NCBI RefSeq assembly: GCF_006345805.1
Contig: NC_043014.1
Coordinates: 3,968,001 to 4,032,000, forward strand
Length of the DNA stretch: 64,000 bases
Direction of reading: 5' to 3'
Source of the DNA: Octopus sinensis
Taxonomy: Eukaryota
Position 1 is the stretch's first letter; every line of letters starts with the position of its first letter. Below are positions 29,615-52,300 of this stretch, in pieces. A program made the position numbers and the translations under genes. The notes beneath the pieces are model-generated. The model saw only the letters and a list, made by a program, of their open reading frames with translations. It was not told the DNA's origin and ran no database searches.

Positions 29615-30056
29615 ACTGAGTCAATCCCAGTCACTAATCAACAGCAGCCATAATCCGAAAAGAAGAATAAGTCAACATCATTGGTAACCACTGAGCCGCA
29701 GGTTTTATGTCGGAGTTATCCCAGTTACCTGAGTTACCCTCTCCTAGAAGGTTGCCCTAACAAAGGCTAGGAGTCCTTCACTCCCTGTGGTTTAACCGCA
29801 TGATCGGGTATTCAGTCCGATTATTTCTATGTCCCCGCGCATGATACAGCCTTAAGACATATATTGGATGGCCGTTGACTCTCAAGAATTCCTCCGCTCT
29901 TTGACGGGTTTTGTTTTTCATCCGGCAGGATGTCCAATAAACACCCTCTTCACCAAGCAAGCTTGGTTGCGTTGCCGGTTTAGTCGCCGACGACCCGACA
30001 ATGCAACAGGTTGTACTGGGTTACATGTTACCAGTAGCACTCGAAAGTGACCTGAC
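29615..30056 (-). mobile_element. Probable RTE 5'-UTR-derived repeat (second copy 43057-43490)
   Basis: Minus strand contains tagggcaacc...taggagagggtaactc, similar to RTE 5'-UTR ends as remembered. Flanked by (CATA)n. Confidence 0.4.
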
Positions 30057-30536
30057 ATACATACATACATACATACATGCATACATACATACATACATAC
30101 AAACTTACATACATGCATACATACATACATACATGCATACATACATACATGCATACATTCATGCATGCATACATGCATACATACATGCATACATACATAC
30201 ATACATACATACATGCATACATACATACATACTTACTTACATACATACATACATACATAAATACTTGCATACATACATGCATACATGCATACATATATAC
30301 ATACATGCATACATACATACATACATACATGCATACATGCATACATACATACATGCATACATACATACATACATACATACATACATACATACATACATAC
30401 ATGCATACATGCATACATACATACATACATACATACATACATACATACATACATGCATACATACATACATACATACATACATACATACATACATACATAC
30501 ATACATACATGCATACATGCATACATACATACATAC
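30055..30536. repeat. (CATA/CATG)n microsatellite
   Basis: Direct reading. Confidence 0.92.
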
Positions 30537-32298
30537 AAAAATATCCTGTTCATGTTGTTGAAATTCCAATGAAAGATACTTGGAACTAAGTTAGAAGCCG
30601 TCTCTCTTTCTGTTGGCCAGAAATATTCTATTAAAACCGAAGAATGACATTCATACATATTTTTAGCTAGTCATTGTCACTAGCTTTGAATATTTTTCTT
30701 CTTGTTTTATAAATCATAGCAAAACATACAGGTACAGTGTCTCCCATTTGAAACTCAATTCGCAAGTGCACCTTCCGTATGGACTGCATATGTACGACGG
30801 AATTCTACAGTTATGATTAAATATTCTTAGATGAAGCATAGTAGACCCCTCAGATATAGTTTGACCTAATTTAATATATATATATGTGTGTGTGTATGTG
30901 TGTGTGTGTGTGTGCGTGTGTGTGTGTGTGTGTGTAACACTCTCTGTTTGGCCCTCGAATTAATATTAATTTGAAATAAGCTACAAAATAAATCTTACAG
31001 CCATGTCAGATTTCAACAAAGCCCCATAATTTTTCCTATTGTAATGGCGGGTTGCTTATTTAGCTGCGCATGCTCTGTACAGCTTAAACACATGGCGGTC
31101 GTTTTAACTGTCTAATTATGCCGCTGAATAAAAAGATGAATTTGAAGATCTACCAGCGTCCGTATTCTCTGCAATTGTTTACGATTTACAACCAAGAAAA
31201 TATTTGTAATCTAGAGAAGCGAATGCAGATTTACCCATCAGACTAATAATAGTGGGATAGTAAACATTAATAATCTTTAATCTTTATTGCAGCTTGATGT
31301 TGTTAACCGAACCCTTCGTTTATCTAACAAATATTCGACACACTCCAACATACTGTCATGAATCCTATTGGATATAACGTGACGGTCACAACATCTCAGC
31401 CTTCTTACACACAGCATCCGTGCTTGCCCTGACTATATTTGCTCTCTTTACTCTCACTTTTATGGGTGTTGTATTCGTTTCGCATGAAATGTATTCAGCT
31501 TCTAGGATCCATCCTTTCTTCGGTTCTGGTATGTTTACGTAGATGAGTGAAAGAAATCGTCGTATTTGATGTTCTCTGCTGCTGAAATGAGACAATTTTT
31601 CTGGTTGATTTCCTTTCTCATTCTTGTATATCAGCGTTTAGTGTATGATGTGTATGTTGTGAGCTTAGAGTTTCATTTTGTCATAATTTGTGGAGAGGTG
31701 GGAAGGTTGTGATTTAGATTTAGGTTATAAGTTATGAGGTAAGAATGGAACGGAAAGCTTCCCTGATTAATAAAGGCAAATAAAATGGTTTGTGTAGAAG
31801 TAATTGGTTGTTGTTTTTGAAGCGATCATGTGTTTTCTGAGTTAAATAATGTGGTGGTTCTTTGTCATTGTCAGATTCCGAGTTGTAATTTCAAAAGCAA
31901 GATGTCTGAGATAGTAGCGTCGAGTATTAGATGAAAAGCTGATATAATTCTATGGTGGTACTTTATTTGGGGTTTTGTTGAATCATGAGACAGAAGACAA
32001 AATACTGTTAAACAAAATAACATTTTATTTCAACGATAAGTTTGATAAACTGAAATCTTACAAAATGTTTTCTAGAATCATTCCGACAGATTTAGATTTT
32101 TCTTGTTTTTGAGGATATTTCTGGCATTCTACGTCGCCTCTTTTGTATTGTTTGAATATCTTCTGTAAACTAGTACAACAGTTTATTGTAACGATAGACA
32201 TACTTTAAAGAAAATATTAGGTAACAAAATTGAAAATTTTATGTTATATATTGAAATTCACAGAGATATTTTCATATGGAACCGAATTTAATTTATAT

Positions 32299-41791
<9,493 letters not shown>

Positions 41792-43489
41792 TCTGGTGAC
41801 AGTTGTCGGTCGTACGTGATACTTCGTGTGGCTTCAACAAAAGATCGAGATGCGAGGTTGAAGCTGAAGACCTGTAACTGAATTCCACGTATTTATTGAG
41901 CGCACAACAACCCAGCTCTGGCAGAGATCTTATCGTAAATTTATGAACCAATGCGATTGGTGGAACTGTAAATGCGGGTATGAACTTGTCTGACAGGTTT
42001 AATTATTGGAAAGAGATGGTTTGATATTGTCACACAATAATTAGCAAAATATTTTGATGAATGAGAGACACGTGTAAAGTGAAATGATTCCTGTTTCTGT
42101 ATATATTATAATATTTTTATTTACTAATGTTGTTATTTAATTTTATTTGTTATTCTTGGGAAAATGTTTTAATATTCATTGTGGGAAGTATTTCGTTCAA
42201 CCAACAAATACACAGACACAAAGACACACACACACACCCACACACACTGACACCCACACACGCACACACTGGCAAACACACACACACACATATACTGACA
42301 CACACTCACACACACACACTTGCACACACGCACACACACTCACACACACACACACACACACTGACACACACCAGCACACACTGACAAACACACACACACA
42401 CACACATATACTGACATACACTCACACACACACACACTTACACACACACACACTCACACACACTCTGACACACACACACACACGCACACACTGACAAACA
42501 CACACACACTCACACACTGTTTTAATATTCAGAGTGGGAAGTATTTCGTTCAACCCACACAGTAATCACAAGACTTAAGCTAATGAAGTCCGCTGTTCGG
42601 ATTGGATTCTTCACAACAAGCGTTAATCTGATTAGAAAAGTTTTATGTGAATATCAAAATCAAAACCTACCAATTCCCACCCACCCATACATATATACAC
42701 ACACACATACATACATACATAGATACATACATGCACACATACATACATACATACATACATACATACTTTCATACATACATGCATGCATATATGTATACGT
42801 ACATTTATGTATGTATACACGTATGCATGCATGTATGTATGAATGTAATCATGTATATATCGATAGACACATATACACATACATACATACATACATACAT
42901 ATATACACACATACTTACATCCATCCATCCATACATACTTGGTGGCTGCCCCCTCGTTATCGAGTAGGGCCATTGCACTGAGCTTAATCAATGTTGTTAT
43001 CTTGCAATGCCTGTGCATGAAGTTTTTTTTAAAGCGAGAAAAGGCTGTGCACTGAGTCAATCCCAGTCACTAAGCAACACCAGCCATAATCCGAAAAGAA
43101 GTAAAAGTTAACATCATCGGTAACCACTGAGCCGCAGGTTTTATGTCGGAGTTATCCCAGTTACCTGAGTTACCCTCTCCTAGAATGATATCCTGACAAA
43201 GGCTAGGAGTCCTTCGCTCCCAATTGTTTGACCGCGCGATCGGATATTCAGTCCGATTATTTCTATGTCCCCGCGCATGATACAGCCTTAAGACAGTTAT
43301 TGGATGGCCGTTGACACTCAAGAGTTCCTCCGGTCTTTGACGGTTTTATTTTTCATCCGGCAGGATGTCCAATAAACACCCTCCTCACCAAGCAAGCTTG
43401 GTGGGGTTGCCGGTTTAGTCGCCGACGACCCGACAATGCAACAGGTTGTACTGGGTTACATGTTACCAGTAGCACTCGAAAGTGACCTG

Positions 43490-44280
43490 ACATACATACA
43501 TGCATACATACATACATATATACATACATACATATATACATACATGCATACATACATACCTACATGCATACATACATACATGCATACATGCATACATACA
43601 TGCATACATACATACATACATGCATACATACATACATACTTACTTACATACATACATACATACATACATGCATACATACATGCATACATGCATACATACA
43701 TATATACATTCATACATGCATACATACATACATACATACATACATACAAACATACATACATGCATACATACATACCTACATGCATACATACATACATGCA
43801 TACATTCATGCATGCATACATGCATACATAGATGCATACATACATACATACATGCATACATACATACATACTTACTTACATACATACATACATACATACA
43901 TGCATACATGCATACATACATATATACATACATACATGCATACATACATACATACATACATTTATACATACATACAAACAAACATACATGCATACATTCA
44001 TGCATGCATACATGAATACATAATGCATACATACATATATACATACATACATACATGCATACATACGTGCATACATACATACATACATACATACATACAA
44101 ACAAACATACATGCATACATTCATGCATGCATACATGAATACATAATGCATACATACTTACTTACATACATACATACATACATGCACACATACGTGCATA
44201 CATACATACATACATACATACATACATACATACATACATACATACATACATACATACATACATGCATACATACATACAAA
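43490..44280. repeat. (CATA/CATG)n microsatellite, expanded homologue of 30055-30536
   Basis: Direct reading; same flanks. Confidence 0.92.
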
Positions 44281-44613
44281 AATATCCTGTTCATGTTGTT
44301 GAAATTCCAATGAAAGATACTTGGAACTAAGTTAGAAGCCGTCTCTCTTTCTGTTGGCCAGAAATATTCTATTAAAACCGAATAATGACATTCATACATA
44401 TTTTTAGCTAGTCATTATCACTAGCTTTGAATATGTTCTTCTTGTTTTATAAATCATAGCAAAACATACAGGTACAGTGTCTCCCATTCGAAACTCAATT
44501 CGCAAGTGCACCTTCCGTATGGACAGCATATGTACGACGGAATTCCATAGTTATGATTAAATTTTCTTAGATGAAGCATATTAGACCTCTCAGATATAGT
44601 TTGACCTAATTTA

Positions 44614-44729
<116 letters not shown>

Positions 44730-46084
44730 CACTCTCTGTTTGGCCCTCGAAATAAGGTTAATTTGAAATAAGCTACAATATAAATCTTACAGCCATGTCA
44801 GATTTCAACAAAGTCCCATAATTTTTCCTATTGTAATGGCGGGTTGCATATGCAGCTGCGCATGCTCTGTACAGCTTAAACACTTGGCGGTCGTTTTAAC
44901 TGTCTAATTATGCCGCTGAATCAAAAGATGAATTTGAAGATCTACCAGCGTCCGTATTCTCTGCAATTGTTTACGATTTACAACCAGGAAAATATTTGTA
45001 ATCTACAGAAGCGAATGCAGATTTACCCATCAGACTAATAATAGTGGGATAGTAAACATTAATAATCTTTAATCTTTATTGCAGCTTGATGCTGTAAACC
45101 GAACCCTTCGTTTATCTAACAAATATTCGACACACTCCAACATACTGTCATGAATCCTATTGGATATAACGTGACGGTCACAACATCTCAGCCTTCTTAC
45201 ACACAGCATCCGTGCTTGCCCTGACTATATTTGCTCTCTTTACTCTCACTTTTATGGGTGTTGTATTCGTTTCGCATGAAATGTATTCAGCTTCTAGGAT
45301 CCATCCTTTCTTCGGTTCTGGTATGTTTACGTAGATGAGTGAATGAAATCGTCTTATTTGATGTTCTCTGCTGCTGAAATGAGGCAATTTTTCTGGTTGA
45401 TTTCCTTTCTTATTCTTGTATATCAGCGTTTAGTGTATGATGTGAGTGTTCTGTGCATAGAGTTTCATTTTGTCATAATTTGTGGAGAGGTGGGAAGGTT
45501 TTGATTTAGATTTAGGTTATAAGTTATGAGGTAAGAATGGAACGGAAAGCTTCCCTGATTAATAAAGGCAAATAAAATGGTTTGTGTAGAAGTAATTGGT
45601 TGTTGTTGTTAAAGCGATCATGTGTTTTCTGTGCTAAATAATGTGGTGGTTCATGGTCCTTTTCAGAATCAGAGGTGTAATTTCAAAAGCAAGATGTATG
45701 ATAGTAGCGTCACGTATTAGATTGTCTAAGGCTGTGAAAAACAAGCTGATATATTTCTATGCTGGTACTATATTTAGGGTTTTCTGAATAAGGAGACAGA
45801 TGACAAAATACTGTTAACCGAAATAGCATTTTATTTTAACATTAATTTGATAAATTGAAATCTTACAAAATGTTTTTCTAGAATTGTTCCGACAGATTTA
45901 GATTTTTTTTCTCAGGATAGTTCTGGCTTTCTACGTCGCCTCTTTTGTATGGTTTTCAATATCTTCTGATATACCAGTTTCTTTTAACGATAGACATACT
46001 TGAAAGAAAATATTAGTTAAAAATTCATATAATTTCTTGTAATTCACAGACATATTTTCATATGGAACCGAATTTAATTTCTAT

Positions 46085-46581
46085 TCAATATTTACTGCAC
46101 ACAACGCAGGTTAATTCTTGACCTTGGACATACGGTGGACATGGCAATGAACCACAAGAAGCCTGTACAAAATATAATACGGCTCCATTTTCGTTTTTCG
46201 CACCTGCTGGATCCGCCTCTGGTGCATGATCCACACACTCATATTCTAGCCGGCCTTTTTCTTTATGATTACTGGACATCAAATATCCTGAATACTCAAT
46301 CGTCCAACCAGGGTAACACTTTGTCCTGGCTGGTAACATCATAACAACAGCAGGTTGTCGTGTCAAACAGACAGCACACGGAACGTTGTGTTGGTGAATT
46401 GATTCAGCGTTAGCAAAAGAAAAGAGTTTATTTGAGTAGAATTCCAGTTGATATTCAGTGCCATAAATCCAACCTCCATCTTCATGTTTTGTTGTATAAT
46501 TGGCCCAAATGGGGTCGTTAGGTAAACACAAGAGATTACTTCCGCCACCTGAGTGGTCGAACCATTGTCCACCAGCCACAC
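46085..46581 (-). CDS. Orphan terminal exon (copy 4) of the same family, open and Cys-complete
   Basis: Acceptor ttcttaccaattgtag|GT-VAGGQWFDHS...CSKY* is intact. No exon 1-3 homologue lies between 46582 and the next terminal exon at 49304. Could be an alternative last exon or a young pseudo-exon. Confidence 0.7.
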
Positions 46582-46646
46582 CTACAATTGGTAAGAATAA
46601 ATCAAATAAAAAAGATATAATCAAATAAAAAAGATATTAAGCAAAA

Positions 46647-47028
46647 TCTCTCTATATATAAACGGCAGTTTGTCTGTGCGTGTTTCTGTGTGTCTGTTTG
46701 CTTGTACCCTCATCCTGACCACGGCTTTCAACCGATTCTGATGAAACTTTACACACACATAGCCCAATGTCATAATTCAAAACTAACACAGCGAAAATTT
46801 TGAAAAGTTCCCCCAGTTCTGAAAAAAATGGATAAATTCGATATGGGGTCGAGAATCAGAAACAAACCACAGACTGTCTAGGGTGCGCAACTCCACCTTT
46901 TTAACTCTCAAACAAAAATTTACCATAATTTTTTTCCATTTTTTGGCTATTTTTTGGCTATAACTCTCTAAAAATGCTTTATAGTTATTTCCCTTACAAA
47001 CCCGAGCAACGCCGGGCGATACTGCTAG
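46647..47028 (+). mobile_element. Non-autonomous Helitron (382 bp), unit 4 only
   Basis: 5' TC and 3' CTAG ends, a cccgagcaacgccggg hairpin near the 3' end, inserted between A and T of aagcaaaa|ttatatatg with no TSD. The empty site is present in other units. Confidence 0.92.
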
Positions 47029-47657
47029 TTATATATGAAATAACGGAAACATTCATAACAGTTTGACCTTAAAAGAAGTCATGTTTAGTCACGTGTCAAC
47101 GAATTGTGGTGTATGTGTTAGTGTTTATATGAGTGTAAGCTGTGTGTTGCTGAATGAGAGTGCGCATGTTTTCGCACGTGTGTGTTTGTCTTCTCTACAT
47201 ATATGTGTGTGTGTGTTTGTTTGTGTGTGTATGTGTGTGTATTTGCGTGTGTTTGTGTGTGTCTGTGTGTTTGTGTATGTGCGCGTGTGTGTGTGTGTGT
47301 GTGTGTGTGTGCACGATTAGGTAATCGTGGTTGTGATGTGTATTATTACGTATGTTTGAATGGGGTAGATGTCTGTGTGTGGATGTAAACAAACGGAGAA
47401 AGGAAAGGGATTTTGTAGCGCATGTGGTCGTGATTTCCCGAAATGGAAAAGATGTCGTTCACGTTTGAACGGGAAAATTGTTGGTGATGGGAATTGCATG
47501 TGGTTTGAGTAGAACAATACGAGAGACGGCGATATGCGGAGAACTGGTGGGTAAGAGGGGATGAAATACTGTTGCAAAAAAGGAGAGATCAATCGTTCTT
47601 TCTAACGCACATGGGCATTGCTCTCTATTTTAGAGCAACCTATTTTTCTCTATAAGC

Positions 47658-48012
47658 GCAGGAGTGGCTGTGTGGTAAGTAGCCTGCCTACCAACCACAT
47701 GGTACTGGATTCAGTCACACTGCGTGGCACCATGAGTAAGTATCTTCTACTATAGCCTCGAGCCGACCAAAGACTTGTGAGCGGATTTTGTAGACGGAAA
47801 CTGAGAGAAGCCCGTCGTATGTATATATATGTGTGTCTGTGTTTGTCTCCCCAACATCGCTGGTGTGTTTACGTCCCCGTAATAGCGGTCCGGCAAAAGA
47901 CACCGATAGAATAAGTACTAGGCTTTCAAGGAATAATTCCTGGGGTCGATTTGCTCGACTAAAGGCAGTGCTCCAGCATGGCCGCAGTCAAATGACTGAA
48001 ACAAGTAAACAA
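47658..48012 (+). mobile_element. Full-length second-family tRNA-derived SINE near the unit 4/5 junction
   Basis: gcaggagtggctgtgtggtaag head, internal TA/TG tract and ...gcagtcaaatgactgaaacaagtaaa tail. Confidence 0.82.
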
Positions 48013-48097
48013 AAAAAGAGCATATATATATATATATATATATAGAAAATAGTAAAAAGTGAAAAAACTACAGAAGGCTTGTTTTAAAAGGTTAAAT

Positions 48098-48128
<31 letters not shown>

Positions 48129-49303
48129 ATCTCAATTTCGCCGTCGAATTAAGATTAATTTGAGATAAGCTAAAATCTCACAGCCATATCAGATTTCAGC
48201 ATAGCCCCATCATTTTCCTTTTGTAGTCGCGTGTTGCATATGCAGCTGCGCATGCTCTGTACAGCTTAAACACATGGCGGTCGTTTTAACTATCAAATTA
48301 TGCTGCATCACTAACAACTGAAAAATTTCAAGATTTACCAGCGTCCATATTCTCAGAGTTTGTTTAGAATTTACACTCAGGAGAATATTCGTAATCAAGA
48401 GAAGCGAATGCGGATTTGCCCATCAGAATAATTACAGCGGGATGGTTAACACTAATGATTCTTTGATGTTTATTGCAACGTGATGCTGTTAGCCGAACCA
48501 TTCATTTAGTGTATGAGGTGAGTGTTCAGTGTATCGAGTTTTATTTTGTGTCTTATTTTGTGGAGAGGTGGGGGGGTTGTGATTTAGATTTAGGATTGGC
48601 AGCACCAATACTCATTTATACTGCCTTTTGAAGGATTCATCTTGTAAATTCCACACTCTCAGAAATCTTAGAATAAAGATTTTGTGATATTTGTAAAGTA
48701 GACGATAAATAAGTTTTATAAGATATGGGGTAGGAATGGAACGGAAAGCTTTCCTGATTAATAACGGCAAATAGAATGGATTGTGTGGAAGTATCTGGTT
48801 GTTGTTGAAAGAATCAGTTAAGTTCTGTGCTAAGTAATGTAGCGGTTCATGGCTCCTTGTCAGAATCCGAGTTGTAATTTGAAAACCAAGATGTCTGAGA
48901 TAGTAGCGCCAAGCATTATATTTTATAAGGCTGTGCACGAAAAGCTGATATAATTCTATGGTGGTACTTTATTTGGGGTTTTGTTGAATCATGAGACAGA
49001 AGAGAAAATACTGTTAAACGAAATAGCATTTTCTTTCAACATTGAGTTTGGTAAACTGAAATCTTACAAAATGTTTTCAAAATCATTCCGACAGATTTAG
49101 ATTTTTCTTATTTTTGAGGATATTTCTGGCATTCTACGTCGCATATTTTGTATAGCTTTCAATATCTTCTGTAAACTAGTACAACAGTTTATTGTAACGA
49201 TAGACATACTTTAAGGAAAATATTAGGTAACACAATTAAAATTTTATGTTATTTCATGTAATTCACAGACATATTTTCATATGGAACCGAATTTAATTTC
49301 TAT

Positions 49304-52300
49304 TCAATATTTACTGCACACAACGCAGGTTAATTCTTGACCTTCGACATACGGTGGACATGGCAATGAACCACAAGAAGCCTGAACGAAATATAAAGAA
49401 GCTCCATCTTCGTCTCTGTAACCTGCTGTATCAGCTTCTGGTGCGTAGTCCACGCACACATATTTATATCTGCCCTTATGATTATGATGTTCGGCCATCA
49501 AATATCCTGAATACTCAGCTGTCCAACCAGTGTAACACTCATTCCCGGCTGGTAACATCATAACAACAGCAGGTTGTCGTGTCAAACAGACAGCGCACGG
49601 AGGGTTGTGATTATTAAGTGATTTAGCGTTAGCAAAAGAAAAGATGGCATTGGTGTCGTAATACTGTATTTGATATTCACTGCCATAAATCCGACCACCA
49701 TTTTCAACTTTTGCAGTATAATTGGCCCAAATGGGATCGTTGGGTAGACACAATAGATTACTTCCGCCACCTGTGTTTTCATGAAATTGTCCACCAGCCA
49801 AACCTTGAATTGGTAAGAATAAATCAAGTAAAAAAGATATTAAGCAAAATTATATATGAAATAACGGAAACATTCATTACAGTTTGACCCTTAAAAGGAG
49901 TCATGTTTAGTCACGTGTGAACGAATTGTGGTGTATATGTTAGTGTTTATGTAAGTGTAAGCTGTGTGTTGCTGGATGGGAGTGCGCATGAGTTTGCAGC
50001 TGTGCGTTTCTCTTCTCTTCATGTGTGTGTGTATGTGTGTGTGTGTGTACGGGTAAGTATTTGTGGTTGTGATGTGTATTGCATGGGGTAGATGTTCGTG
50101 TGTAGATGTCAATAAACGGAGAAAGGAAAGAGATTTTGTAACGCATGTGGTCGTGATTTCCCGAAATGGAAAAGATGTCGTTCACGTTCGAACGGGAAAA
50201 TTGTTGGTGATGTGAATTGCATGTGGTTTGAGTAGAACAATACGAGAGACGGCGAGATGCAGAGAACTGGTGGGTAAGAGGGGATGAAATACTGTTTAGC
50301 CGACCATAAGGGCGTGGCTGGCTATATCCATCGGTTTGTCTCGGACGAGTCAAGCCTATCACGAGACGGGCCTACCACATACTATAATATTATGATCACA
50401 CAGATTTTATTTCATGCAAAGCACGAACTGAGGTGGGGTGAATTTTGAAGCTCATTGATGGCGTAGTGCTTAAGAAGAATGGACAGCGGAAAGGCGACCA
50501 ATAAAGGATATGTGTAGGGTTTATAGAGAGCAGATTCACAATGGATGCGAGGTTGGTTAGAGAAGATGTGGGAAGCAGTAGCTTTGGATTGGAAGTGTCG
50601 GCGTTACCTTACCAAGATACACTGGACAATTAATGAGGCGACGTGGCGCATGAATTTTGAAGCTCATTGATGGCGTAGTGTTTAAGAAGAATGGACAGCG
50701 ATGTCGGCAACCGTTAAAGGACATGTGTAGGGTTTATAGGGAGCAGATTCACAAAGGATGCGAGGTTGGTTGGAGAAGATGTGGGAAGCAGTATCTTTAA
50801 ATTGGATGTGCCGGCGTTACCTTACAAAGATACACTGGACAATTAATGAGGGGAGGTGGCGCATGGAAATAGAAAGGTTTGAGGGATAGGACGATTTCGG
50901 TAAGGCGGAGAAGAATAGAAGTGCAATATGTACTCACTTGGGTTCTCTCAGTGGTACTTAGTCCCTCCATATGATTCTTAATAAATACAGCCCTTAGTTA
51001 GCTTTGTCCATTAATTACAGTGTGTGGTTTGTCCAGTCCACATTGTACATTCTGCGTTCATATCATTAACCATTTACAGTCACTGTCATCAATTCTAATT
51101 AGACCTTGTTCAATTTAGTCTATAACAACAATCAATAGTCAATTTAGTTAATGTTAGTCAAGCTGCCATTCTTCACCCGTGGTCATACTCGTACAAAACC
51201 ACCATCCGTAGCCAGTACAATTTATTACCAATTAGCAGGCTTGGTATTTGATATCTACACTCCATACCAGTCAGCCAGGAGTTCTTGATCGCTATACTGG
51301 ACCCCAGTCTAGTCCCTATCTATAATTTAAAGTACAGATGTCTATATTCTGTGGTTAGACAACATCCTTTTCATCTGGTCAACGCTAGACAACCTATAAA
51401 ATTCTGATTTGACCAAATACCTACAAAGGAATAAGCAGTCTTGTGCAGACTCTATATATCGTTTCAAATGTGATATATCAGATGATTTGCTTGAGTGTGT
51501 GTGCGTGTGCGTGAGAGAGGGGGGAGAGAGAGAAGAGCGATACAATGAGAAAATGAGAGGTATGAAAAGAGAAAAAGAGAAAGATAATGAGAGAAGGAGT
51601 GGACAGAAGTATAGTTTGTACTAACCGTCATATACAAGGCTTGAATAAGGAGAACAACTTGTTCTGCCCCACCGTGTATACAATGATCCGGGACCAGGTT
51701 CTGTGAAATTAAAATGAAACAATTTAGTTTAAAAGAAAGAATTCTTGAATCCTATACAAAGGAAGTTGTTGGCTTGGAAGGAATTGATAGAGAGGAGAGA
51801 AATTTAAAATTTAAGAGAAAAAGAATGAGTGAATGAATGAAAATCAGAATGAAAGAAGTAAAGGATTCGCTAAGAATAAATTTTAAAGGAAGAAAATTAG
51901 TCATTTGTCTATTGAGCCTGTTGTTGACGTTGATGTCAACGAATTGAGAGATTAATCTCAGAATATCAGAATGTGTATTTGGCTCCCTTAAGAACGGATG
52001 TTTGGATTGTAGTTGAACTTGGATGTGAGTATATATATATATTTGTGACCATAATGATGATAAAGTTCTTCTTTTATAGATATGTAGGCCATATTGTCAA
52101 TTCTTGGCACCTGATTGGTCAATTACAAATATCAGCTTGGTGTTTGGCGCGAATCAGGCCATCATAGCTACAATATGGAAAGGGCTCGAAGGAATAGCCA
52201 TACCGCGTCATCCATCGAGAGGGATAATATTAGCGTACGGATCTTGAGTGGAGGAGTCCATTCGGGAAATATATTGCAGTCTCCACTCATCTTAATCTAG

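Noticed and set aside
27724-30658. Long ORFs made of HTYI/YVCM/CV repeats (also 11650-12050, 14291-14963, 43436-44399 and others)
   Set aside because: Translations of microsatellites that lack stop codons by composition.
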